Below the pieces are notes generated by a model that did not search any database, was not told the DNA's origin, and was given only the letters and a program-made list of their open reading frames with translations. Below are positions 21,213-30,765 of a stretch of DNA of 64,000 nucleotides, one piece after another. The position numbers were made by a program, and so were the translations under genes. This DNA comes from an uncultured Chloroflexia bacterium (GTDB lineage: Bacteria; Chloroflexota; Limnocylindria; Limnocylindrales; CSP1-4). How positions within the stretch are numbered: the stretch's first letter is position 1; the number at the start of each line of letters is the position of its first letter. The stretch lies in contig CAVQJC010000011.1 in NCBI GenBank assembly GCA_963712745.1, forward strand, positions 224,001 through 288,000, read 5' to 3'.

Positions 21213-21428
21213 GTGGCCCAGAACACACCCGTACAGTTGGGGCCTTCCCGCGTCCCGATGATGGACGCCTCCGTGCTTGACGACCGCACCCGGCCCCTGG
21301 GCAATGAGCCCACACCCATCTGGCTGCGGCACCGGCTACAGCGCAAACACATGGAAGAATCCACGACCCCACCGCGCCGGGCACGGGAGTGGATCCAGAG
21401 ACTGGCCGGCCGCGCTCCGCGCGACTGA
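21213..21428 (+). CDS. Small hypothetical protein
   Basis: GTG after AAGGGAG; fills the gap between otsAB and the MarR gene; no recognised motif. Confidence 0.4.
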   Translation: MAQNTPVQLGPSRVPMMDASVLDDRTRPLGNEPTPIWLRHRLQRKHMEESTTPPRRAREWIQRLAGRAPRD

Positions 21429-21504
21429 GACCCACGCCGGCGACTCGGCCGGAGAGGTTTCTACTCCAGCATTCGCGTCGTCCGGGCCTTTGGTCGGACC
21501 TCGG

Positions 21505-21966
21505 TCAACGCTGAGCGGCCATCGACCGGGCGCGGTCGCGTAGCCGCCCCAGCAGTTCGATGAGGGTGGCTCGCTCCTCGGTCGTGAGCGTGTCGAACAC
21601 GAGATCGTCGAGCAGCTCGTCGAGGAGTGGCGCGAAGCGGCGGACTGCCGCGCGACCCTGATCGGTGAGGATGACGTGCTGGGCCCGCCGGTCTGTCGGA
21701 TCGGGAGTCCGTTGCACCAGGCCGTCGGCTTCGGCCCGGTCGACCAGTCTCGAGACCCGTGTCGCGGTCATCTGACACTGCTCGCCGATCTCGACGCCGC
21801 GGATGCCGCATTCGGCCGACTTCGCCAGCCGTACCAGCAGGTCGGCCGTGGCGGGGTCGAGCCCGGCCGGGGCCACGGCCAGTTCGTCGATGGCCGCCGC
21901 GACGGCACTCTGTGCCTCCAGCAACGCTCCTGTCGTGGCCAGTCGGTCGTCGGTGAGCAGGTCCAT
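21505..21966 (-). CDS. MarR-family transcriptional regulator
   Basis: TRVSRLVDRAEADGLVQRTPDPTDRRAQHVILTDQG winged HTH. Start uncertain (ATG 21966 or GTG ~22005). Confidence 0.88.
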   Translation of the reverse strand: MDLLTDDRLATTGALLEAQSAVAAAIDELAVAPAGLDPATADLLVRLAKSAECGIRGVEIGEQCQMTATRVSRLVDRAEADGLVQRTPDPTDRRAQHVILTDQGRAAVRRFAPLLDELLDDLVFDTLTTEERATLIELLGRLRDRARSMAAQR

Positions 21967-22076
21967 GTCGCGGCCCTGTGGCTCGATGTCGGTCGTCTCG
22001 ATCACACTCTCTCCCTTCGGCCCGGATGGGACCCATGGGAATGGTGGGGCTTGACCGGTGCTCGTGTCAAACGTTA

Positions 22077-22109
22077 TTGTTGCGTACGTAAAGATTACTG
22101 CCGCAACAA
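22077..22109. promoter_or_regulatory. AT-rich inverted repeat, putative MarR operator/promoter
   Basis: TTGTTGCG-N17-CGCAACAA in an AT-rich patch between the divergent MarR and VOC genes. Confidence 0.5.
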
Positions 22110-22252
22110 ATATCAGGAGCAGATGCCCGCGACCATGGGTCTGCCCTTCGTAGTTTCCCCGACCCGGGTCGGTCTCCCCCCTGCCGGCCCGGGTCTTCTT
22201 GCGTCTTGGCCGCAGAATGTCTGAACACGGTCCGCACGAGGAGCGATCAGCC

Positions 22253-22642
22253 ATGGTCGAGACGAAAGAGCTGCGCGTCGCATTGACGGTCGAGGACTTC
22301 GAGGCCGCGGTGGAGTTCTACGGCCGGGTGCTTGGCCTGGCTCTGGCGGCTCACTGGACGCAGCCCGCTGGGAACGTCGGCGTCTTCTCCATCCCGAGGG
22401 CGAGCCTGGAGATCCTCGATGCCGAGGCCGCGGCCGGTGTCGACGACTTCGAGGTCGGTCGCCGCGTGTCGGGGCAGGTCCGTCTGGCCCTGGGGGTGGC
22501 CGATGCTGCGGACACGTACGCTGCTGCCGCTGGCGCCGGGGCCCGCCACATGGGCGAGGTGAAGGTCGCGCCCTGGGGTGACCGGGTCGGCCGCGTCGAG
22601 TCGCCCGAGGGCCTGCAACTGACGCTATTCTCGCAGGCCTGA
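22253..22642 (+). CDS. VOC/glyoxalase family protein
   Basis: LTVEDFEAAVEFY...LGL, APWGDR...PEGLQLTLF. Confidence 0.88.
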   Translation: MVETKELRVALTVEDFEAAVEFYGRVLGLALAAHWTQPAGNVGVFSIPRASLEILDAEAAAGVDDFEVGRRVSGQVRLALGVADAADTYAAAAGAGARHMGEVKVAPWGDRVGRVESPEGLQLTLFSQA

Positions 22643-22694
22643 GCGCGGTCTCCCACATGGTGGTCGACGTCCCGACGATAGACTCGGAGCCACG

Positions 22695-22943
22695 ATGAGT
22701 GCCAACACGAACTCGACGCAGGTCAAGTACCGCAAGACCTCCCCGCCCGGCGCAGGACAGTACGAGGTCCTCTACAAGGAACGCGTCATCGGCAAGGTGG
22801 GGCGTTTTCGGCTCTCGGCCGGGCAGTTCGGCTCGCGCTGGGTGGCCACGACGCCCCGCCGCAAGCGGTCGGGCCAATACCTGACGCGCGACGCCGCGGC
22901 CGCCTGGCTGGTCGAGCAGGCTCGCGCGTCGTCGAGCAAGTAG
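22695..22943 (+). CDS. Small basic hypothetical protein
   Basis: ATG after GGAG, coding-like codon usage, 82 aa. Confidence 0.6.
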   Translation: MSANTNSTQVKYRKTSPPGAGQYEVLYKERVIGKVGRFRLSAGQFGSRWVATTPRRKRSGQYLTRDAAAAWLVEQARASSSK

Positions 22944-22954
22944 AAGGCTCGCCC

Positions 22955-24272
22955 GTGTCGAAACGACACCGCATCCTCATCATCGGCGGCGGCTACGGCG
23001 GCCTCTATGCCGCGCGTGCCTTGCGCAAGGCCGACGTCGATATCACCCTCGTCGATCGGCGCAACCACCACCTCTTCAGCCCGCTGCTGTACCAGGTCGC
23101 GACCGGCGCGCTGACACCGTCGGACATCGCACAGCCGCTGCGCCTCATCCTGCGCAAGCAGCAGAACACTCGAGTGCTGCTGGCCGAGGCCACGGGCATC
23201 GACCCCGACGCTCGGACCGTCCGCATCGACGACGGCACCGACCTCGAGTACGACTCGCTCATCGTGGCCACGGGCACCAAGCACTCCTACTTCGGCAACG
23301 ACGCCTGGTCCGAGCACGCGCCGGGCATCAAGACGCTGGAGGACGCGCTGCAGATGCGTGCCCGCATCCTCGACGCCTTCGAGAACGCGGAGCTGGAGAC
23401 CGACTCGGCCAGGCAGCACGACTGGATGACGTTCGTCATCGTCGGCGCGGGCCCGACCGGGGTCGAGCTGGCTGGTTCGCTGTGCGAGATCTCACGCGAT
23501 GCCCTGCCCCGTGACTTCCGCGCCATCAACACCGAGGAGGCGCTGGTCTATCTCGTCGAGGGTGCCGACCGGGTGCTGCCCGACCTACCCCCGTTCGTTG
23601 TCGAAGGCCGCGGCCCGGCAGTTGGCCCAGCTGGGCGTGACCATCCGCACCAGGACCATGGTCACCGAGATCGACGCGGAGGGGGTGAGCGTGCGCGGGA
23701 CCGAGGGCGGGGCCACCAGCCGCATCCCGGCGCGAACCGTGCTCTGGGCGGCGGGCGTGGCGGTGGGCAAGTTCGGACGGGCCGTGGCGGAGGCGACCGG
23801 CGCTCCCACCGACCGCGTCGGGCGCATCGAGGTGGATCGCGACCTGACCGTGCCCGGCTACCCGGACATCTGGGTGGTGGGCGACCTCGCGGCCGCGGAG
23901 TGGTCGCCGGGCCAGATGGTTCCCGGTGTGGCCCAGGGTGGCATCCAGGGCGGGCAGTACGCGGCACGCTCGATCATCGCCAAGCGTGACGGCGTGACCA
24001 TCCCCGACTTCGAGTTCAAGGACCTCGGCGAGCTGGCCACCATCGGCCGCCTGCGCGCCGTGGCCGATTTCCGCATGGTCCGTTTCAGCGGCTTCCCGGC
24101 CTGGTTCATGTGGCTGGGCATCCACATCTTCTGGCTCATCGGTCTGCAGAACCGCATCCTCGTGATGGTCCGCTGGGCCTGGTCGTTCCTCTCGCGTGGC
24201 CGCGGCAGCCGGCTCATCACGGGCTTGCCCAAACACAGCTCCGACCGGGAGGGCAAGGGCGGCCTGGGCTGA
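22955..24272 (+). CDS. ndh: Type II NADH dehydrogenase-like NAD(P)/FAD oxidoreductase (frameshift near 23580)
   Basis: IIGGGYGG, PLLYQVATG, VGAGPTGVELAG; second frame VLWAAGV, GDLA, PGVAQ, ATIGR, WLGIHIFWL. Confidence 0.9.
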
Positions 24273-24285
24273 GCCCCGGGTCGGG

Positions 24286-24564
24286 TCAGTCCCCGAGCGC
24301 GACCTCGTCCCCGAGCGCGACCTCGTCCCCGTCCCCGAGCGCGACCTCGCGTGCGAGCGTGACGGCTTCCTCCGTGCTGAGCGCGGCCCATTCCTCGACC
24401 CAGCCGCGCTCCTTGACAGCGTGCTCCCCGGACGCGGCCGCGATGATGTAGTCGTGCTCGCGGAGCACTCCCTGGTATGCGTCACCGAGCCGGCGCAGGA
24501 GACGGGTCGAGCCCTCGATATCGGTGAAGACGAACGTCAGGGTGGTCGCCGTCGAGCCGCTCAT
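24286..24564 (-). pseudogene. Internally deleted class III adenylate/guanylate cyclase-STAND remnant
   Basis: N-terminus LTFVFTDIEGSTRLLRRLGDAY...LREHD joined directly to a WAALSTEEAVTLA C-terminal helix; only 92 aa. Confidence 0.7.
24289..24348. repeat. 18-bp repeat x3 encoding EVALGD
   Basis: GTCCCCGAGCGCGACCTC at 24289, 24307 and 24331. Confidence 0.85.
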
Positions 24565-24593
24565 CCCTTGTGGTGCGAGCGTTCGGGGCCGGG

Positions 24594-25319
24594 TCAGCTG
24601 CGGGCAGCCTCCTGCTGTCGCAGCAGGTACGAGTAGCCGGCCAGCGCCAGGCCAGCGGCTACCAGGAGCACGCCGAGGAGGTTGAAGATGCCGTCCACGG
24701 CGCTGGAACCGGCAGCTCCCGCGAAGACCAGCACGGCGCCGGCGAGCGCCAGCACGGCGTTGGCGATGAGCGACGCCAGGGGCAGCGGCGCTTCCATCTG
24801 GCGCCTGACGAAGCTACCGATGATGCCGGTGATGCCGAAGATGAAGAAGCCCATGCCGACCACCACGGCCAGCGTCGCGGTGACCGCGTCCGTCACCGGC
24901 GTGAAGAAAGTGGCCACGATGACGACCAGGCCCACGGTCACGCCCGAGCCGGCGCGGAACGAGGCCAGCTGCTCGAGGTCGGGTCGCAGCTGGTGGCGCC
25001 ACAGCTGGAAGCTCGTGATGAGCGAGCCGCCGAGGAGGATGAAACCGACGATCTGCAGCGTCGTACTCGAGCCGCCGAGGGGCTTGAAGATGAAGAGGAG
25101 ACCCACGATGGCAGCCACGACGCCCTCGACGAGCACGATCATCCACGACGTGCGCGGGCTCCAGGGGGCACCGCGGTCGATGAGGTCCTCGGTGACGGCC
25201 GTGGCGCGCTCGACACTCGTCGAGACGCCCGTCGAGGTCTCGTCTGGCCAGTCAGGCTCTGCCGGAGGGGCAGCCAGCGGCGCGCTCGTGTCGTCGGTCG
25301 GCGGGGTTGTGGAGGTCAT
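24594..25319 (-). CDS. HdeD/DUF308-like membrane protein
   Basis: W..VLVEGVVAAIVGLL...P pattern, about 6 TM helices. Confidence 0.7.
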   Translation of the reverse strand: MTSTTPPTDDTSAPLAAPPAEPDWPDETSTGVSTSVERATAVTEDLIDRGAPWSPRTSWMIVLVEGVVAAIVGLLFIFKPLGGSSTTLQIVGFILLGGSLITSFQLWRHQLRPDLEQLASFRAGSGVTVGLVVIVATFFTPVTDAVTATLAVVVGMGFFIFGITGIIGSFVRRQMEAPLPLASLIANAVLALAGAVLVFAGAAGSSAVDGIFNLLGVLLVAAGLALAGYSYLLRQQEAARS

Positions 25320-25394
25320 GGGACGTTCTCCCGTACGGCGGGCCCGGATGCGCGCATCGTAGCGTGTCCGGCTGGGCGCGCGATAGCCCGTCGG

Positions 25395-26213
25395 TCACTC
25401 GTCGGCAACGGGCGACTGGTCGGGCGACCCCTCGTCCTCGTCGGCAACGGGCGACTGGTCGGGTGACCCCTCGTCCTCATCGGCAGCCTGGGCCGTGGCA
25501 CTCTTGGCCAGCTCGATGTCCACTGCGTCCGCGACGGTGGCGAAGTCGGGGGCCTGCAGCGGCACCCCGTTCACGACCACCGTGGGCGTGGCATTGATGC
25601 CCAGGGTACCCGCGTCGCGCTTCGACTCGGCGTCGATCTCGGTGAAGCGCTGTCGCGCGCTCTCGAGCGTGAGGTCTGCTCGGAATCGGTCCATGTCCAG
25701 TCCCGCAGCCTCTCCCATCTCCAGCAGTCGGTCGATATGGAAGCCGCCGCTCTCGTTGCCCTGGAAGTTGGTGAAGAGGTAGTCGTGGAAGGGCCAGAAC
25801 ATGTTCTGGTCGGCGGCGAAGCTGGCCGCGACCGCGGCCCAGTGCGATTCGTCGCCCAGGAAGGCGAGGTTGCGGAACACGAGCAGGACGTCACCGGACT
25901 TGACGTACTGCTCGACCAGCGGGGGCTTGACCTCGAACGTGAAACGCTGGCAGAACGGGCACTGGAAGTCCTCCCAGACCTCGACCGTTACGGGTGCGTC
26001 CGGCGAGCCCATGGCGAAGCCGTCGACCTGCTCGGTGGGGGATTTGATGGGTGGTTCGGCCAGCGGCGGTGGCGTGACCAGCGGGGCCCATGTGAGTTCG
26101 GGTTCTTCGCCCTGGCCCAGGACCGTCGACCACGAGGTGGCTACCAGCAGCGCGGTCAGCAGGAGGGACGTGAAGGCGATGACGCCGGAGCGGGCGCGAC
26201 GTGTCTGGGGCAT
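25395..26213 (-). CDS. DsbA/thioredoxin-fold extracytoplasmic protein
   Basis: MGSPDAPVTV...EDFQCPFC (CXXC), FWPFHDYLF, GINATPTVVVNG; signal/anchor peptide; 39-bp repeat in the tail (25398-25485). Confidence 0.92.
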   Translation of the reverse strand: MPQTRRARSGVIAFTSLLLTALLVATSWSTVLGQGEEPELTWAPLVTPPPLAEPPIKSPTEQVDGFAMGSPDAPVTVEVWEDFQCPFCQRFTFEVKPPLVEQYVKSGDVLLVFRNLAFLGDESHWAAVAASFAADQNMFWPFHDYLFTNFQGNESGGFHIDRLLEMGEAAGLDMDRFRADLTLESARQRFTEIDAESKRDAGTLGINATPTVVVNGVPLQAPDFATVADAVDIELAKSATAQAADEDEGSPDQSPVADEDEGSPDQSPVADE

Positions 26214-26303
26214 CGTGTTCCTCTGGTGGGTCGGAGTCGCGTCAGCATAGTTGAGACCCCGACTCCGGGTCGGGGCCCCGCTGATCGACCCGCGTCGCGG
26301 AAC

Positions 26304-26935
26304 CTAGCTCTCCTCGTCGCCCATGTCCATGTCGTGGTCCTCGTCGCCCATGTCCATGTCGTCGTCTCGTCGCCATCGTCGCCCATGTCCATGTCGTGGT
26401 CCATGTCCATGTCCATGTTGCCCATCATCGGTGCGCCAGCCATCACCTGCGCTGTGACCGTCTGGGGCTCGGCGTTCATGAACTCGAGACTGAGTTCGAC
26501 CTCCGCACCCTCTGCCAGCGGTTCCACCAGATCGATGAGCATGATGTGGTAGCTGCCCGGCTCGAGGATCGCGTCGCCATGAGCCGGGACGGGTACCTCG
26601 GTGACCGGGTTCATCGACATCATGCCCTCGTCGTCCATCGACGATAGATGCAGCTCGACGGTCCCCGCGGCCGGGCTCGAGGCGCCGACCAGGGCATCGT
26701 CATCGTCACTATCGTTATGGATGACCATGTAGGCCGCCCCCGCCAGCTCGGTCATGGGCGACTCTCGCACCCAGGCCTCCATCACGTGCAGGCCCGGCTC
26801 CATCTCTTCCATGGGGGCCATCGAGCCCATCTCGTCGACCGCCTCATCCTCTGCCGCGACCGCGGCGAACGAGAGGCTGATAGCGGCGGTGACGGTGGCT
26901 GCCGACAGCAGCAGCGTGCGCGTAGGACGATTCAT
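26304..26935 (-). CDS. Copper chaperone PCu(A)C with Met/Asp/His-rich tail (frameshift near 26366)
   Basis: AWVR...AAYM, ELHLSSMDDEGMMSM, LEPGSYHIMLIDL; tail DHDMDMGD repeats; TAG at 26304 once the frame is restored. Confidence 0.88.
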
Positions 26936-26960
26936 CTCTCCCCCTCCAGGATTTGGTGGC

Positions 26961-27650
26961 TCAACCGGCCTCCAGCATCTCCAGATCCTGCACGATCTCG
27001 GCTGCCGGGGTTCCGAATGGATAGGCTTGGCGCAACTGACCGCTCTCATCGATGAGGTAGAGGTCGGCGCTGTGGGACATGGTGTAGCCGGCCGTAGAGG
27101 TCGTCTCCACGCGTGCGTACTTCACGCCGTAGTTCTCGGCCGCCCGGCGGATAGCGCCGGGGCTGCCGGTCACAGCGTGCAGGTTCTGCGGCAGGTATCT
27201 CGTCCACTCTGTGAGGAACTCGGGCGTGTCGCGCTCCGGGTCGACCGAGACGAACACGGCCTGCGTCGCCGGCGAGGCTTCGAAGACGCCGAAGAGTTCG
27301 CCGATGGTGGCCGGGCAGACATCGGGGCAGTGGGTGTAGCCGAAGAAGACAAGCACGTTGCTGCCTTCGAAGCTGGCGAGGTCGAATGCCGAGCCATCGG
27401 GTTGGACGAGTTCGGCCAGCTCCGGTGCGGGGCGCGGGTCGCCGATGGCGGGGCGGGCGGCCAGGGCGGTGCCGGAACTCGCTGCCGGCGCGGGGCTGGT
27501 CGAGGGCAGGGCCGTCGCCAGGGGGCTTGGTTCCGCCGTTGGCGCGGGCGTGGCCTCATCGCCGCCACAGGCGGCTGCTACCAGAGACATCGCGGCCAGT
27601 ACGGGAATCAGCCGGAGCGACCTGTGGCTCCGCACGAAGTGTGTGTTCAT
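26961..27650 (-). CDS. SCO family lipoprotein
   Basis: Lipobox VAAACGG; FFGYTHCPDVCP (CXXXC), SVDPERDT, MSHS. Confidence 0.93.
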   Translation of the reverse strand: MNTHFVRSHRSLRLIPVLAAMSLVAAACGGDEATPAPTAEPSPLATALPSTSPAPAASSGTALAARPAIGDPRPAPELAELVQPDGSAFDLASFEGSNVLVFFGYTHCPDVCPATIGELFGVFEASPATQAVFVSVDPERDTPEFLTEWTRYLPQNLHAVTGSPGAIRRAAENYGVKYARVETTSTAGYTMSHSADLYLIDESGQLRQAYPFGTPAAEIVQDLEMLEAG

Positions 27651-27714
27651 CGACTGCGTTCGAGCGTACCACCGGGCCTCGCGGGACGTTGCGAGTCACG
27701 GCGGGCACATGTAC

Positions 27715-27735
27715 TATTGAGACGTAGTATCAATA
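27715..27735. promoter_or_regulatory. Putative Zur (Fur-family) box
   Basis: TATTGAGACGTAGTATCAATA, a 21-bp imperfect 10-1-10 palindrome resembling actinobacterial Zur boxes, upstream of a Zn-type ABC operon. Confidence 0.65.
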
Positions 27736-27743
27736 CACGCCGT

Positions 27744-27788
27744 TCCAGTCGGTCCAGTCGGTCCAGTCCGTCCAGCCGGTCCAGCCGG
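27744..27788. repeat. 9-bp tandem repeat x5 in the SBP 5' leader
   Basis: TCCAG(T/C)C(G/C)G units. Confidence 0.85.
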
Positions 27789-27804
27789 TCGAAAGGAGCC
27801 CTCG

Positions 27805-28794
27805 ATGAACCACCGCGCGCCGGTCGCGGTGCTGGGCGCACGCCTACCCGCCGCCCTCTTCGCCACGTTGCTGATGGGCTACTGCATGGCCGCGGCTCCG
27901 ACCATGGCCATGGCCGCAGGCAACGACGACGTCCCCTCGGTGGTCGTCACCACGGAGGTGCTTGGCGCGGTCGTGGCTGAGCTCGTGGGTGATGCGGGCG
28001 AGGTCACCGTGCTCATGCCCGGCGGCGCCAATCCCCATACCTTCGCGCCGTCCGCGCGCGATGCCGAGCGCATCAGCAGGGCGGACGTCGTGGTCTCCAA
28101 CGGCCTCGATCTCGAAGAGGGCCTCCTGTCCGTCCTGGAGGCGGCCCAGAGCGAGGGCGTGACCTGGTTCCAGGCGGCCGACCACATGGCCGTGCGTGAC
28201 CTCGAGGTAGAGCCCGAAGCCGAGGACGCCGGGCAAGACCACCAGGACGCAGGGCAAGACGATGAGGACGCGGGACACGAGCACGAGGCCGCTGACCCGC
28301 ACTTCTGGACCGACCCGCTGCTGATGCGTGACGTGGTCGCTGCGCTCGAGCCGGTGCTGGCCGAGGCCGGTCTCGACGTGGCCGGCAACGCCCAAGCTCT
28401 CATGGCAGGGCTCGAGACCCTCGACGCCGAGGTCGCGGAGATCCTCGCGGTCGTGCCCCAGGAAGCGCGCAGGCTCGTGACCGGTCACCGCTCGATGGGC
28501 TACTTCGCAGAGCGCTACGGCTTCGAGCTGATCGGAACGGTCATCCCCAGCCTTTCGACCGGAGGGGAACCGAGCGCCCGTGAGCTGGCGCAGCTCATCG
28601 CTGACATCAGGGAACAGGGTGTGCCCGCCATCTTCGTCGAGGTCGGGACGCCCCAGTCGGTCGCGCAGGCCGTGGCCGACGATAGCGGCACCAGGCTGGT
28701 CGCGCTCTCGACCTCGGAGCTGCCTGACGACGGCAGCTATGGGAGCTTCATGCGCGACATCGCGACCACCGTGGCGGATGCTCTCGGAGGCTGA
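27805..28794 (+). CDS. Zn/Mn ABC transporter substrate-binding protein (ZnuA/AztC-like)
   Basis: NPHTFAPS, NGLDLEE, acidic/His loop, DPHFWTDP, VTGHRSMGYFAERYG. Confidence 0.92.
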   Translation: MNHRAPVAVLGARLPAALFATLLMGYCMAAAPTMAMAAGNDDVPSVVVTTEVLGAVVAELVGDAGEVTVLMPGGANPHTFAPSARDAERISRADVVVSNGLDLEEGLLSVLEAAQSEGVTWFQAADHMAVRDLEVEPEAEDAGQDHQDAGQDDEDAGHEHEAADPHFWTDPLLMRDVVAALEPVLAEAGLDVAGNAQALMAGLETLDAEVAEILAVVPQEARRLVTGHRSMGYFAERYGFELIGTVIPSLSTGGEPSARELAQLIADIREQGVPAIFVEVGTPQSVAQAVADDSGTRLVALSTSELPDDGSYGSFMRDIATTVADALGG

Positions 28795-28893
28795 ACGGGC
28801 CCTGCCCGGCCCTGGAGTGGCCGTCGGGGCCGCTGATATGCTCGGCCGACCGGTGCCGCGGGCGGCACGACCGCCGGTGCCATCCCCAGGGGA

Positions 28894-29763
28894 GTGAGCT
28901 TGGAGTTCTTCGTCGATCCGTTCCTGAGCAACGGCTTCATGGTTCGTGCCTTGCTCGCAGGCGTGCTCGTGTCCATCGCCTGCGCGGTGGTGGGTACGTT
29001 CGTGGTGTTGCGCGGGCTGGCCTTCATCGGCGACGCGCTCGCGCACGGCGTGCTGCCCGGCATCGCCGGCGCCATCCTGCTGGGCCTGCCGGGCATGCTC
29101 GGAGCGGCCGTCGGCGCCATCGTCATGATCGGCGGCGTGTCGCTCGTGACCCGGCGCTCGCGTCTCTCGTCCGACACGGCCATCGGCCTGCTCTTCGTGG
29201 CCATGCTGGCCCTCGGTGTGGTGATGATCTCCGCCAGCGACGCCTTCCAGGGCGATCTCATCGCCATCCTCTTCGGCCAGATCCTCGGCACCAGCAGCGA
29301 GCAGGTGCTGGTGATGGCCGGGGCCACGGTGCTGGTCGTCATCGTCTCGGTCCTGGCCGCGCGACCGTTCCTGCTCTTGAGCTTCGACCCCGAGCAGGCA
29401 GACGTGGCCGGCTTCCCCTCGCGTCGCTACCACGTGCTTATGCTGCTGCTGGTGGCACTGACGGTGGTGGTCGCCTTCCAGACCGTGGGCACGCTGCTGG
29501 TCTTCGGCATGCTCCTGGCCCCGGCCGCGGCGGGGGCGCTGCTGGCCAGCCGCATCAGCTCGATGATGATCATCGCCGGCCTCATCGGTTCGGCCAGCAC
29601 CTACGCCGGTCTGCTCATCTCGTACTGGTGGGACCTCGCGGCCGGGGCCATGATCGTGCTCGTGGCGGTCTTAGTCTTCTTCGTCGTGCTCGCCATCACC
29701 ACCGCGCGCGAGGCCAATGGGCATGTGACCACTACCGATGCCCAGGGAGAGACGGTCTCGTGA
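28894..29763 (+). CDS. Zn/Mn ABC permease (ZnuB/AztB-like)
   Basis: GDALAHGVLPG, DTAIG, LFGQILG, SFDP, VGTLLV. Confidence 0.93.
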   Translation: MSLEFFVDPFLSNGFMVRALLAGVLVSIACAVVGTFVVLRGLAFIGDALAHGVLPGIAGAILLGLPGMLGAAVGAIVMIGGVSLVTRRSRLSSDTAIGLLFVAMLALGVVMISASDAFQGDLIAILFGQILGTSSEQVLVMAGATVLVVIVSVLAARPFLLLSFDPEQADVAGFPSRRYHVLMLLLVALTVVVAFQTVGTLLVFGMLLAPAAAGALLASRISSMMIIAGLIGSASTYAGLLISYWWDLAAGAMIVLVAVLVFFVVLAITTAREANGHVTTTDAQGETVS

Positions 29764-30635
29764 GCCCCGTGGCAGCGCGCGAGCCGCAGCCCGGCGCAGC
29801 CGGCAGTGCCGGCGAAGGTGCGCCCGCGGCCATCGCGGCCCGCGGCCTGACAGTCGGCTATGGCGGCGACGTCGTCGTGCGCGATATCGACCTCGATGTC
29901 CGGCCGGGCGGCTCGCTGGCCCTGGTGGGCACGAACGGCTCCGGCAAGTCCACGCTGGTCAAGACGGTGGTGGGACTGCTGCCGGCGCTCGGCGGATCGC
30001 TGGCGGTCCTCGGCCGAGCGCCGGGAAAGTCGCCGCGCCACATCGCCTACCAGTCCCAGTTCCATGCCTCGGGCTACATCCTGCCCATCCGCGTGGTCGA
30101 TGTCGTGCGCATGGGCCGCTACCCGGCACTGGGGCTCACCGGCCGCATGGGTCCGCGTGACGAGGAGCTCGTACGCGAGGGCATGGCCCGCATGGGTATC
30201 GCCCACCTGGCGGGGGCCCCGATGCGAGGCCTCTCCGGCGGCCAGCTCCAGCGCGTCTACCTGGCCCAGGTCCTCGCTCGCGAGGCCGACCTCGTCGTGC
30301 TCGACGAGCCCACCGCGGGTATCGACGCGGGCGGCCGAGAGCTGTATCTGGAGGCCTTCTCGGCCGAGCTGCGGCGCGGGGCGGCCATCGTCACGGCCAC
30401 CCACGACATCGCCGAAGCCGTCGAGTACGACCAGGTGCTGCTGCTTGCGCGACGGGTCGTGGCGCTTGGCCCCGGACGGGAGGTGCTCACCCCCGACCAG
30501 CTGATGGAGACGTTCGGCATCGTCATCTCCGACCCGCACGAGGAGCACGCCGGCCGCTTCACGGTGGCCGAGGTGGCCCATGGCAGTCCCCAGACCATCG
30601 ATACCCGACCCCAGGATGACGGGTCGGAGCCGTGA
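29760..30635 (+). CDS. Zn/Mn ABC ATP-binding protein (ZnuC-like)
   Basis: GTNGSGKST, LSGGQLQR, LDEP, THD; GTGA overlap with the permease stop. Confidence 0.93.
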   Translation: MSPVAAREPQPGAAGSAGEGAPAAIAARGLTVGYGGDVVVRDIDLDVRPGGSLALVGTNGSGKSTLVKTVVGLLPALGGSLAVLGRAPGKSPRHIAYQSQFHASGYILPIRVVDVVRMGRYPALGLTGRMGPRDEELVREGMARMGIAHLAGAPMRGLSGGQLQRVYLAQVLAREADLVVLDEPTAGIDAGGRELYLEAFSAELRRGAAIVTATHDIAEAVEYDQVLLLARRVVALGPGREVLTPDQLMETFGIVISDPHEEHAGRFTVAEVAHGSPQTIDTRPQDDGSEP

Positions 30636-30765
30636 GGCTGACGCCCGCCCCGACCTGCCTGCCCGGGGCCGACCATGGAGCCTCGCAGTGGACTACGCTA
30701 GCCGGGTCCCGGGGCAGGTGCGGCGGTCGCGCTCGAGAGGACGTTCGGACTATCGGAGGAGGCGC

